Origin: Kiritimatiellia bacterium
GTDB lineage: Bacteria > Verrucomicrobiota > Kiritimatiellia > RFP12 > JBMNHG01
DNA: 64,000 nucleotides
Assembly (NCBI GenBank): GCA_050950285.1
Contig: JBMNHG010000006.1
Span: forward strand, 1 to 64,000
Direction: 5' to 3'
Shown: positions 42,401-51,700 of the stretch, piece after piece
Layout of the letters: each line of letters begins with the position of its first letter
Numbering within the stretch: the first letter of the stretch is position 1
The notes under the pieces: model-generated
Seen by the model: the letters and a program-made list of their open reading frames with translations, nothing else
Database searches by the model: none
What the model was told of the DNA's origin: nothing
Position numbers and translations under genes: made by a program

Positions 42401-43803
42401 CCGGCGATTCCCCCGTCCCGCGCTACGACCTCGACCACCTCGAAGTCCTCGCCGAGAACGTCTACGGATCGATGTCCGACGGCGGCGACTACGTGCTCGC
42501 GGACGACAGCGACGAGGTGGTGATGACCAAGGGCGCCGCCCCGTTCAGCCCCTATTCCTTCACCGGAACGAAGAAGGGGAAGGTCGTCTGGAGCTACCCC
42601 ACCCTGTGGCCCGGCCTCCATGCCTCGCACTCCGCGCCCGCGCCTTCGGAGCCCGGACAGCTCTTCGGCACCGTCCGGAACCTGGGCCCGATGTTCAGCC
42701 CGAAGGGTGCGAAGGTCGGCCCCGTCTGGCTGATGTCCGGAAACACCGGATCGGTCTATCTCTTCACCCGCGACGGCCTCTTCGTGACGAGCGTCTTCGG
42801 CGACGGCCGCCAGTGCCAGCGCCTCAACCGGGGCGTCCCCGTGGAGAAGCGAGGCCTCGTGCTCGAGAACTTCACCCTCGACGGCGAGAACTTCTGGCCC
42901 ACCTCCACCTGCACGCCGGACGGCACGGTCTACATCACCGCCTGCAGCCGCGTGATGCGAGTGGACGGCCTGGATACGATGCGGCGCATCAGGCCCTTCA
43001 CGATCAAGGTCACCCCGAAGGACCTCGAGAAGGCCCGGTCCTACCGCGTCGCCACCGAAAAACAGCGCCGCGAGCGCGAAGGATCCGGCCTCCTCCGGGC
43101 CTCCATCCTCCCGCAGGACGCGGTGGCCATCGACGGGACCTTCGACGACTGGAACGACGCCGTCCGCGTCGACATCGAGCGGCAGGGCGTCCATGCCTTC
43201 TTCGATTCGAATTCCGCCCCCTTCGACATCCGCGGCGCGGCGGCCGTGGCCGGCACGAACCTCTGCCTCCTCTGGGAGACCGGCAACCGCGACCTCCTCC
43301 GCAACAGCGGCGAGAATCCCATCGCACTCTTCAAGACCGGCGGCTGCCTCGACTTCATGCTCGGCACGGACGCGTCGGCCGACCCCGACCGCCCCCGCCC
43401 CGTCGATGGCGACCTGCGCCTCCTCGTGACGCGCGTGGGCGACCAGACCAAGGCACTGGTCTATCGGCAGGTCGTGGCCGATCCCGACCCCGCCCGGCGC
43501 GTGCCCTTCAGCTCGCCTTCCCGCACCATCCCCTTCGACCGCGTGGACGATGTGGGCGGATCGGTCGCCCTCGCCTGGGACGACCAGGGACGCTTCGAGC
43601 TTTCCATCCCGCTCGACCTCCTCGGCCTCGCCCCCGAGGACGGCCTGCGCCTCAAGGCCGACATCGGCGTGCTGCGCGGCGACAACCACGTCACCATCGC
43701 CCGAAACTATTGGTCGAACAAGTCCACCAACATCACGAAGGATGTCCCGTCGGAGGCCGAACTCATGCCGGCGCTCTGGGGGACCCTCGAATTTTCCGAG
43801 TAG
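39469..43803 (+). CDS. Large secreted protein with a FlgD-like Ig domain, NHL/beta-propeller repeats and a C-terminal CBM9/DOMON-like domain
   Basis: GGAGG RBS and signal peptide. VTLVIEDADGKRIRNL...WWDGTDD (FlgD-like), repeated PRGIA/PHGIAID NHL blades, IDGTFDDW...FELSIPL. Confidence 0.75.
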   Translation: MSIPKSFPAALPVLCMASMAFATHPGQRVSTPIARAMVDVEHSAVWVEGAETKDGYISSERVLWTRDDRIHSPYGEHFSDAAKQGPRHLRYAFTEPVPVGSLFACTGDRVTLLREDAPFPGDMADESHWIDGERLEADGRVVSGKRDGYIVWTFPEGTRTRAVRVSHVPGPLDPDRRGWVNSLLLLPYRCQPLSMFARVHAEVNPNSARKIVNQVHDGLGQTWSNVSGRQPIEELPMVDKENPGIVWLSWPEAVSIDSIVAIHTGFGAVEVDAFRGPGDRDPGTAREDDWEFVQAFDGMELNFPTTWPNVMNFDKTLTTRAIRLRMVDKMVCGHDHVKNENRGGKRVYLDELLVLRRMGKGEPFAAPAFAARLNKPLTPPIPVRFRLPDDGFVTLVIEDADGKRIRNLIADTPFKKGRNVVWWDGTDDLGRDVDAAGHGVFRIPPQAVEPGTYTVRGLWHKGIRPVYEFGVYAPGRWVAGDDGSGWLANHCNPQAAAFVPAELSPLGEPLAYLGALVTEGPHGFIWVDMEGNKRGGLHWIGGNWVAAPFIASDCGPSPDPESSVFVAGCFGQDGDDSISEIRINAIRKEDARRVRQVGRIPISDDFKGDKAQQLAGLAVYDNVVAFSLPLQDAVWFVGGGDGAIRRKAENLPNPRGIAFDPADGSLLVLSGNRIVRLPPDGGEPSTLAGDGLEDPRGIAVSRDDGSIYVSDCGNCHQVKVFDRQGGLVRTVGRAGVPKAGPYDELQMHCPHGIAIDNRNRLWVAENDSMPKRVSLWDDQGNLLRAWYGPAKYGEGGTIDSVHPERFYYADGGGTLEFAIDWETGESRLVNVLARNGDYGFPCPGGYGDWGGMPEYAVYRKGRRYLSNCYNNCPIAAPSTMSVYLDNGDGTMRPCVSMGRADNWRAMLDREEFHARWPDPDNRSQGFYIWCDQNDDGRVQPPEVAIDPNPGWGPILMPDLAVTVSNFRGQAIRLHPQWAGDSPVPRYDLDHLEVLAENVYGSMSDGGDYVLADDSDEVVMTKGAAPFSPYSFTGTKKGKVVWSYPTLWPGLHASHSAPAPSEPGQLFGTVRNLGPMFSPKGAKVGPVWLMSGNTGSVYLFTRDGLFVTSVFGDGRQCQRLNRGVPVEKRGLVLENFTLDGENFWPTSTCTPDGTVYITACSRVMRVDGLDTMRRIRPFTIKVTPKDLEKARSYRVATEKQRREREGSGLLRASILPQDAVAIDGTFDDWNDAVRVDIERQGVHAFFDSNSAPFDIRGAAAVAGTNLCLLWETGNRDLLRNSGENPIALFKTGGCLDFMLGTDASADPDRPRPVDGDLRLLVTRVGDQTKALVYRQVVADPDPARRVPFSSPSRTIPFDRVDDVGGSVALAWDDQGRFELSIPLDLLGLAPEDGLRLKADIGVLRGDNHVTIARNYWSNKSTNITKDVPSEAELMPALWGTLEFSE

Positions 43804-43805
43804 CC

Positions 43806-44996
43806 GTGCCGACCTTCTCCATCACGGACCTCCCCCCCGAAGCGGCATGCCGCGAATCGTTCCTCGATGGCGGAATCGAGGTGCTCTCCCGCTCCGGCCT
43901 GCATCCCGTGGAACGGGCGCTGCTCGGCGTCTCCGCGCGCTTCGCGCCGGCGGCGCGCCACCTGGTCACCGGGAATCGAACGGGCGTCCTCCCGCTCGCC
44001 CTGCATTCCCTTGCGCCGTCCTCCTCCGTCGTCGCCCACGATTTCGACCTCCACCACCTCCGCGCGGTGGCCCGGAACCTCGCCAGGAACGGCATGCCGC
44101 AGGAGGACTTCCCGCGAACCCCCTTCGTTCAATCCACCACCCCCCTCGCGCTGTCGTGCCTGGACCGGCTTCCGGACGGCCCCTTCGATGTCGCGTGGTT
44201 GCAGGCCTCCCGGCGCGACACCGCGGCCGAAGTCGCCCGGGCGTGGCTCCAGGCCCTCCACGGCGCGCTGCTCGAAGGCGGCAGGTGCGTGGTGGCGGTA
44301 GACGGCCCCATCGCGTGGATGCAGGAGACGATGCGGGGCGTCTTCGGCAAGGTCTCCGTCCTGCCGCCCCGCGACGACGCAAGCGTGCTGGTGGCGCGCC
44401 GCGCCGGCGGGCTGCGGAAGCGGCGCTCCTTTTCCGCCACCTTCGAGGCGACCCTTCCGGACGGCCAGCCCGCGATGACCTTCACAACGATCCCGGGCGT
44501 CTTCGCCCACCGGCGCCCCGACGCGGGCGGACTCGCCCTGGCGGAGGTCGCCGCCCGGCGGATGGGAAAGGTCGACCGCCTCCTCGACCTCGGATGCGGA
44601 TGCGGGCTCGTGGGACTGCTCCTCGCGCGGCACGCCGGACACGTCGCCCTCGTCGATTCCGATGCCCGCGCCTTCGCCGCCACCCTCGCCAATGCGGAGG
44701 CAAACGGACTGGCCGACCGTTGCACGGTGGTGCTGGACGACGAAGGATTCGGCGGAGGGAGCCCCTTCGATGTCGTCGTGGGCAATCCTCCCTACTACTC
44801 CGACTTCGCCATCGCCGGACGCTTCATCCGCGAGGCGGGCGAGGTGCTTCGCCCCGGCGGCCTCGCTTTCATGGTGGCCAAGAACGCCCGCCAGCATGCG
44901 GAAATGCTCGAGTCCTCCGTCGGGCCGTGCACCATCGAACACCGGCGCGGATACCAAGTGGCCGTTGCCGTGCGCAGGAGCGACGGACCGCCATGA
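43806..44996 (+). CDS. Class I SAM-dependent methyltransferase, RsmC/RlmG-like two-domain protein
   Basis: PGVFAHRRPDAG, LDLGCGCG and VVGNPPYY, with a degenerate N-terminal MTase-like domain. Confidence 0.85.
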   Translation: MPTFSITDLPPEAACRESFLDGGIEVLSRSGLHPVERALLGVSARFAPAARHLVTGNRTGVLPLALHSLAPSSSVVAHDFDLHHLRAVARNLARNGMPQEDFPRTPFVQSTTPLALSCLDRLPDGPFDVAWLQASRRDTAAEVARAWLQALHGALLEGGRCVVAVDGPIAWMQETMRGVFGKVSVLPPRDDASVLVARRAGGLRKRRSFSATFEATLPDGQPAMTFTTIPGVFAHRRPDAGGLALAEVAARRMGKVDRLLDLGCGCGLVGLLLARHAGHVALVDSDARAFAATLANAEANGLADRCTVVLDDEGFGGGSPFDVVVGNPPYYSDFAIAGRFIREAGEVLRPGGLAFMVAKNARQHAEMLESSVGPCTIEHRRGYQVAVAVRRSDGPP

Positions 44997-45760
44997 TCGC
45001 CGCCACCGACGCCATTGCCTTGCGCATCCATCCCTTCTCGAACACCTCGCACATGGTGACGTGGCTCTCCCGCGAGTTCGGGAGGATTTCCACCTCGATC
45101 AAAGGGGCATGCCGCCCCAAGAGCTTCTTCCTGGGCCAGTACGACGTCGGGGCGACCTGCCAGCTGCTGTTCTACCGGCGGGGGAGCGACGGCGTTCATC
45201 CCGCCCGGGAATGCTCCCCGATACGACGTCGCGAAGGACTGCGCGAGGATTGGCGGAAGGCGGCCGCGGCGGGCTACGCCTGCGACTTCGCCGCCCGTCT
45301 CGCGCAACCGCTCCTCGAAGCGCCGGACCTCTTCGCCTTGCTGGAAGAGACGCTGGACCGGCTGGAGCAGGGCCAACGCGCCCCCGCCATCGAAGTCATG
45401 GCCTTCGAATTCGCGGCCCTTCGCCTGGCGGGCTTCACGCCCAACCTCGAGCTCTGCGAGGGATGTTCCGGCGTGGGGGGCACCCAGTGCCGCTTCGCCC
45501 TCAACGCCGGCCGCCCCGCCTGCCACCGGGCGCCGCCCGCGCCCGGCGAACCCACCGTGATGGTCCCTCCCGACGTCCTTCAAGCGCTCCTCGATTTCAC
45601 CCGGAACCCCGCCTGCGGCCTCGCGGATTCCTGGTCCGACCCCCAAATCCAACTCGGCCTGAACCGCTTCCTCTCCCTTTTCATCGGCTGCCACCTCGAC
45701 GTGCCGCCAGGAATACGGCGCGCCGCCTTCGAATGGATGGCCTTCAATCCGCGCCGATAG
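44993..45760 (+). CDS. recO: DNA repair protein RecO
   Basis: TDAIALRIHPFSNTSHMVTWLSREFGRI...KGACRPKS, FEFAALRLAGFTPNL and Cys residues. Confidence 0.88.
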   Translation: MIAATDAIALRIHPFSNTSHMVTWLSREFGRISTSIKGACRPKSFFLGQYDVGATCQLLFYRRGSDGVHPARECSPIRRREGLREDWRKAAAAGYACDFAARLAQPLLEAPDLFALLEETLDRLEQGQRAPAIEVMAFEFAALRLAGFTPNLELCEGCSGVGGTQCRFALNAGRPACHRAPPAPGEPTVMVPPDVLQALLDFTRNPACGLADSWSDPQIQLGLNRFLSLFIGCHLDVPPGIRRAAFEWMAFNPRR

Positions 45761-45804
45761 CGCTGCGGCGCTGTTTTCAGGACGGGCTGTCCATCGAGGG
45801 CAAG

Positions 45805-48235
45805 CCCCGTGGCGTGGTCGTAGTTCCAGGCGGTGAGATCGAGGGACGCAGGGGACGCAAGGGACGCGAGGGACGCGCCTCCGGCAAGCTGGACGGCGAG
45901 GGCGGCCGGCGGCGGCGTACCCGTAGGCCGCGCCGGTGGCGGCAACCGGACGCCCGAGGGCGTCGTAGGCGGTCGTCACGGTGTTTCCGAGGGCGTCGGT
46001 GCGGGACGTTTCGCGGCCGAAGGCGTCGAAGGTTCTCGATCCGGTGACGTGCAGATCGTCGTCGTAATAATAAATGCCGTAGTGGGTCTCGTTGTCGGAC
46101 TCGTCGAGTCCCGACCAGCGGAAATGGGAATAGACGCCCGTTTCAGGGTCGCGCGTTTCCGAGTATGCAACGCGTCCGAGCGGGTCGAAGTAGTTGCAAA
46201 CGGTTTCCCGCAGCGATTCGCGTTCAATCGTGCGACCGAACTTCGAGACGGTGGTGGATGGCGTCGCCGCATCGGTGGCGCGAACCGTCGTCACCTCGCA
46301 AGTCTGCGGGTTGTAGCTGCCCGACTCCGTCGTTGTCGAGCCGTTCGGGCCGGTGTCCACCGTGCGGCTCCGCAGGGCGTTGGACAGCCCCGTCAACTGG
46401 CGGCGGGCCGTCGCGACGGCGTTGGTGATGCCCTCGCTTGACGTGTTGCGGACGTCCACCCGCCACCATGCCCCGCCGATGTTCTCGTAGCGGGTTTCGG
46501 AAGCGGTCTCGACGCCGCTTTGGATGGTCGCCGCCATCTCGCCGCGCTCGTCGTAGAGGTAGGTCGTGGCGGGTTGTCCGGTCGTTTCGGTGCGAACCAG
46601 GCGCGAGGTCGCGCCGTCGTAGGCGTTCGAGGTGACGAGCCAGGCGCCTGCGGCGCCGGGCCTCAGCGTCGCCACCGTGCGACCGAGGAAGTCGCCGTGG
46701 GCGATTTGATTCGTGATCGCGCCCGGTGAAGCAGCGGGATGCCGGGGGCGTCCGTGTCGAAGCGGGTGGCGGTCGAGACGGCGTTGCCGGGGTCGCCGAA
46801 AGCGGCGTCCGGGGCGCGGGCGCGGACCGTCTTCACGGTCGCGAAGGCGCGGTCCACCGTGTCCGTGCCGACGGTGTGGATGAACCAGGTGCGTCCGATG
46901 CACGTCGCCGCGCCGTCGCGGACGAGGTGGCGCGACTCGGTGCGGACGGAATCGAGGGCGGCGAGCGGATTGGAATCGCCCGCCAGCGGCGCGTAGTCGG
47001 AGACGGTGGCGATGGCGGCCAGGCCGGGGTGATCGGACAGATCGGAGAGATCGGACGGGGCGGCCCAGTTCGCAAGCAGCCAGGGGACCTCCGAGCCGTC
47101 GAATTGGTCGAGGCGCAATATCTCGCGGCCTTCGTCGTCCCAGGCCTGGTAGCTCCTGGGTCGCGACTCGCCCCAAACGAGGCGGGGGCGTCCGTTGCGG
47201 CGGGGATGGGCGTCGTCCGTCCAGTAGGTGGCGTGGTCTTCGACCAGGCCGGGCTCGCCGTCGGGCTCGAGGCCGAGCGTCGCGTGGTAGGTCTGGCGGA
47301 GCGTCGCGTCCTGCCCGCAACCGAAGCGCCGGGACTCGGCGATGTCCCGCGAGAGGATCGCGCCGGCGGCGTCGCGCACGATGCGCTCCTCGCGGAGGAC
47401 GCCGTGGGGGCCGTCGTCGAGCGTGTCGGTGCGAAGCACCTGCCCGGAAGTCTGCGCGATATTGTCGAAGCACGCCCAGGACGGGGATGGGTACGGAGCC
47501 CCATCCCCACGATACATGACGTTGTCCCGGCGGCTGATCCTCTTGAACGCGATTTCACCCGGACTGCCGCCGACGTTGGCGATCTCCCAGACGTGCTCCA
47601 GTTCGTCGCCGGCGGTCTTGCGGACGGTGATCCGGACGCCATGGGCGATCGGTTCGACGACGACGGTGCGGCCTCGGGCGTCGGAGCAGGCGATGGTGCG
47701 GGTTCCGCCGACGGCGCTTTCGGCGACGGACGCGACCCAGCCGTACGCGGGCGGCAGCGACGAACGCAGCGCCTTGTCGACGGCGTCCACGTCGCCGTCG
47801 AAGTCGACATCGGGGTAGAGCCGCTGGCTGAGAACCGTGAAGGCGTTCGTGATGACGCGCGTCCCGCCGTCCCAGGCATATTCCCAGAGGATCTTCTCCG
47901 CCCCCGGCGAGGGGCTCTTCCCCAGCCCTTCGACGTAAATGGCTTCCCCGGCGGAAATCGATCCGGAGAACGATGCGCGCTTGCGGGCGTCGCGCCACAG
48001 CGCCAGACGCGAAGAGCAGGATTGCAGCGTCGCATAAGGCGTCGGCGGCTGGTGCTCGAGGCAGGGGCAGCAGGTGCCGTCGAACCGTCCCAAAGGATAA
48101 TAGGCGACAAGATTAGGCGGTTCAAGCCAGTCGGGATGCTCATCGAGCAAACGACAACGGGTGACGCGTCGCCGGGCTTCCCGAGGCAGCGAAGCGCCGT
48201 CGCCCTGGAATCGGAAGCAAAGCCATTTGGGATGG
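45805..48235 (-). pseudogene. Mosaic toxin pseudogene made of segments homologous to the non-Rhs toxin, Rhs1 and Rhs2
   Basis: 48235-47725 matches 54111-53472 (with an internal deletion), 47725-46730 matches 4965-5965, and 46728-45805 matches 11471-12450. Confidence 0.88.
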
Positions 48236-48266
48236 TTCTTTCGTGCGATAGATGACGCTTGCACGC

Positions 48267-49385
48267 TTACTCCGAAGGCTTCTTGCCGGACGCTTCTTCC
48301 TTTTTGGCGGCAGCCGCCCGCTCCTGCATGTACCCCACCAGTTCCGACGTGTCGTAGTCAATAAAGGCGTTGTTGCGTATTGCCTCATATGTGTAGCCTG
48401 ATGCACCCGGGTGGATCCCTAGTTGCCTTTCATGCGGCTTCCATGCCTCATAAAACCCTTCCTGTATCTCAGATTCGGGAAACGACCCCGTTGGGCGGGA
48501 CGGTTTCAAGGGGAAGCGTCCGATCGTCTTCCTGAATATCAGAAGGTTTTGAACGCGATCCATCATCGTGCTTTCATAGCCCATGATGCAAAACATATAA
48601 TGGAGTTTCTGATTCCACTTTGTGGCAAGCGTGTAGGGACGAGGCGAGATCTCATCCTCGCAATAGAACGCGACTTCTTTGGAAAAGTTTTTCCCCTCCG
48701 AGAAATAGTGCGGATAATGCCCCTCTTTTTCCTTGTACGCAAGCCACGCCTTCCGAAAATGCCCATGCCATTCGACCGCCAGATCGTCCTTTGTCTTCGC
48801 ACGGTACTGGTGCGGGGACTCCTCGTTCAAAATGTTGCGACGCACATGCAGCTTGCTTTCCTCTGTCTCAAACCGGGCGAGGCGCGCCTCGATTCCCTCC
48901 ACGGAGAAATCGAGATCCGCAATCAGGTGCCCAATGGGAATGCAGGCCAGGTGCTCGACCCGCCTTCTGATGGCATGGTTCCCATAGCCGCCGGGACGTC
49001 CCGCCCAGTCGGAAAAATCGAGCAGCCGGTCGGCCTGGCTCGCCCGTTCCCCGGTGCTCGCAGGCGAAAGAATGCGCAGGGCCTCCTCATCCACGGCCTT
49101 GACAAGCTCCAAGCCGAAATCGCGCTTCGCCTGTTCAAGTTGGATGCGCTTCGTGGATTCCCGGGGGAGCCAGTCCACCCAGCATTGGGAATGGATTTTC
49201 GGCGCGTCCCACCGGTTGGATTGCGCAACGGCGAAAAACCCCCGAAAGCCGGAGTCGGCAAGCGTTTTCCGCTGGATTGCGAGCGCCTTCATCTCTTCTT
49301 CATAGCCGGGCTCGGCCGATGCGGCGCAAAGCGGGGGCAATGCGGCGAGCGCGGTGCAAACGAGTGCTTTCAACAGATGTTTCAT
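48267..49385 (-). CDS. Secreted protein, putative immunity paralogue C
   Basis: Signal peptide MKHLLKALVCTALAALPPLCAA. Tandem paralogue of the next two genes. Alternative start at 49409. Confidence 0.8.
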   Translation of the reverse strand: MKHLLKALVCTALAALPPLCAASAEPGYEEEMKALAIQRKTLADSGFRGFFAVAQSNRWDAPKIHSQCWVDWLPRESTKRIQLEQAKRDFGLELVKAVDEEALRILSPASTGERASQADRLLDFSDWAGRPGGYGNHAIRRRVEHLACIPIGHLIADLDFSVEGIEARLARFETEESKLHVRRNILNEESPHQYRAKTKDDLAVEWHGHFRKAWLAYKEKEGHYPHYFSEGKNFSKEVAFYCEDEISPRPYTLATKWNQKLHYMFCIMGYESTMMDRVQNLLIFRKTIGRFPLKPSRPTGSFPESEIQEGFYEAWKPHERQLGIHPGASGYTYEAIRNNAFIDYDTSELVGYMQERAAAAKKEEASGKKPSE

Positions 49386-49411
49386 GAAGCGAGGTGTTGC
49401 CGTTTGCATGT

Positions 49412-50554
49412 CTATTCAGAAGGCTTCTTGCCGGACGCTTCTTCCTTTTTGGCGGCAGCCGCTTGCTCCTGCATGTACCCCACCAGTTCCGACGTGTCGT
49501 AGTCCATGAAAGCGTTGTTGAGAATCTGGGTGTAGCTTCTTGCAGCTCCGCTTCCTTTTTTGCCAAACTTTTTCTCATGCGGCATCCATGCTTCATAGAA
49601 AGCTTCGCGAACTTCTTCCCCCTCAAACGACCCCAATGGACGGGACGGTTTCAGAGGAAACCGCCCGATCATCTTCCTGAACAACAGGAGGTTATGGACA
49701 CGATCCGTGATCGCGTCGGTTTTCCCACGGACACAAAATAGAAAATGACGTTTCTGGCTCCATTTTGTGGCAAGCGTGTAGGGGCGAGGCGAGGATTCAT
49801 CCTCACAATAGAAGGAGATATGGCGTGGGAGATCTTTGCTTTCTTCATGATCGTAAGGGTAGCGCCCCCTTTCATCCTTGAATGCAAAAGCCGCCTTCCG
49901 GAAATGTCCATGCCATTCGACCGCCAGATCGTCCTTTGTTTTCGCACGGTACTGGTGCGGAGCTTCCTCGTTCAAAACATCGACCTGCATGCGCACCCAG
50001 CCCTGCTCCGTCTCAAGCCGGGCAAGGCGCGCCTCGATTTCCTCCACGGGAAAATCCAAGTCCGCAATCAGGTGCCCAATGGGAATGCAGGCCAGATGCT
50101 CGACCCGCCACTTGATGGCGAGGTTTCCATAGCCGCCGGGGCGTCCCGCCCAGCCGGAAAAATCGAGCAGCCGGTCGGCCTGGCTCGCCCGTTCCCCGGT
50201 GCTCGCAGGCGAAAGGACGCGCAGGGCCTCCTCCTCCACGGCCTTGACAAGCTCCAGGCCGAAATCCCGCTTCGCCTGCTCGAGTTGGATGCGCTTCGTG
50301 GATTCCCGGGGGAGCCAGTCCACCCAGCATTGGGAATGGATCTTCGGCGCGTCCCACCGGTTGGATTGCGCAACGGCGAAAAACCCCCGAAAGCCGGAGT
50401 CGGCAAGCGTTTTTCGCTGGATTGCGAGCGCCTTCATCTCTTCTTCATAGTCAGGCTCGGTCGATGCGGCGCAAAGCGGGGGCAATGCGGCGAGCGCGGT
50501 GCAAACGAGTGCTTTCAACAGATGTTTCACGAAGCGAGGTGTTGCCGTTTGCAT
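49412..50554 (-). CDS. Secreted protein, putative immunity paralogue B
   Basis: Same N-terminal part as copies A and C with a divergent central region. Start is ATG 50554 or GTG 50530. Confidence 0.8.
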   Translation of the reverse strand: MQTATPRFVKHLLKALVCTALAALPPLCAASTEPDYEEEMKALAIQRKTLADSGFRGFFAVAQSNRWDAPKIHSQCWVDWLPRESTKRIQLEQAKRDFGLELVKAVEEEALRVLSPASTGERASQADRLLDFSGWAGRPGGYGNLAIKWRVEHLACIPIGHLIADLDFPVEEIEARLARLETEQGWVRMQVDVLNEEAPHQYRAKTKDDLAVEWHGHFRKAAFAFKDERGRYPYDHEESKDLPRHISFYCEDESSPRPYTLATKWSQKRHFLFCVRGKTDAITDRVHNLLLFRKMIGRFPLKPSRPLGSFEGEEVREAFYEAWMPHEKKFGKKGSGAARSYTQILNNAFMDYDTSELVGYMQEQAAAAKKEEASGKKPSE

Positions 50555-50556
50555 GT

Positions 50557-51675
50557 CTACTCCGAAGGCTTCTTGCCGTCCGCCTCTTGTTTCCTGGCGG
50601 CAGCCGCTTGCTCCTGCATGAACCCCACCAGTTCCGACGTGTCGTAGTCCATGAAGGCGTTGTTGAGAATCTGGGTGTAGCTTCTTGCAGCCCCGCTTCC
50701 CTTTTTGCCAAACTTTTTCTCATGCGGCATCCATGCTTCATAGAAGGCTTCGCGGACTTCTTCCCCCTCAAACGACCCCAATGGACGGGACGGTTTCAGA
50801 GGAAACCGCCCGATCGTCTTTCTGAACAACAGGAGGTTTTGAACGCGATCCATCATCGTGCTTTCATAGCCCATGATGCAAAACATATAATGGAGTTTTT
50901 GATTCCACTTTGTGGCAAGCGTGTAGGGACGAGGCGAGATTTCATCCTCGCAATAGAACGCGATCTCTTTGGGAAAGTTTTCCCCCTCCGCGAAATGATG
51001 CGGATAATGCCCTTCTTTTTTCTTGTACGCAAGCCACGCCTTCCGAAAATGCCCATGCCATTCAACCGCCAGATCGTCCTTTGTCTTCGCACGGTACTGG
51101 TGCGGGGACTCCTCGTTCAAAATGTTGCGACGCACACGCAGCTTGCTTTCCTCTGTCTCAAACCGGGCGAGACGCGCCTCGATTTCCTCCACGGGAAACT
51201 CCAGATCCGCAACCAGGTGCCCAATGGGAACGCAGGCCAGATGTTCGACCCGTCTTCTGATGGCATGGTTTCCGTAACCGCCGGGACGTCCCGCCCAGCC
51301 GGAGAAATCGAGCAGCCGGTCGGCCTGGCTCGCCCGTTCCCCGGTGTTCGCAGGCGAAAGAATGCGCAGGGCCTCCTCATCCACGGCCTTGACAAGCTCC
51401 AAGCCGAAATCGCGCTTCGCCTGTTCAAGTTGGATGCGCTTCGTGGATTCCCGGGGGAGCCAGTCCACCCAGCATTGGGAATGGATCTTCGGCGCGTCCC
51501 ACCGGTTGGATTGCGCAACGGCGAAAAACCCCCGAAAGCCGGAGTCGGCAAGCGTTTTTCGCTGGATTGCGAGCGCCTTCATCTCTTCTTCAAAGTTGGG
51601 CTCGGTCGATGCGGCGCAAAGCGGGGGCAATGCGGCGAGCGCGGTGCAAACGAGTGCTTTCAACAGATGTTTCAT
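50557..51675 (-). CDS. Secreted protein, putative cognate immunity paralogue A
   Basis: ATG 51675 lies 25 nt after the stop of the 1438-aa gene, and a signal peptide is present. Confidence 0.8.
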   Translation of the reverse strand: MKHLLKALVCTALAALPPLCAASTEPNFEEEMKALAIQRKTLADSGFRGFFAVAQSNRWDAPKIHSQCWVDWLPRESTKRIQLEQAKRDFGLELVKAVDEEALRILSPANTGERASQADRLLDFSGWAGRPGGYGNHAIRRRVEHLACVPIGHLVADLEFPVEEIEARLARFETEESKLRVRRNILNEESPHQYRAKTKDDLAVEWHGHFRKAWLAYKKKEGHYPHHFAEGENFPKEIAFYCEDEISPRPYTLATKWNQKLHYMFCIMGYESTMMDRVQNLLLFRKTIGRFPLKPSRPLGSFEGEEVREAFYEAWMPHEKKFGKKGSGAARSYTQILNNAFMDYDTSELVGFMQEQAAAARKQEADGKKPSE

Positions 51676-51700
51676 GAATTCGCCTTTCGTGATATGGAGG

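Noticed and set aside
48267..51675. Tandem repeats as an assembly artefact or as DGR template/variable repeats
   Set aside because: The copies differ in long blocks with many substitutions of all types, and each keeps an open frame.
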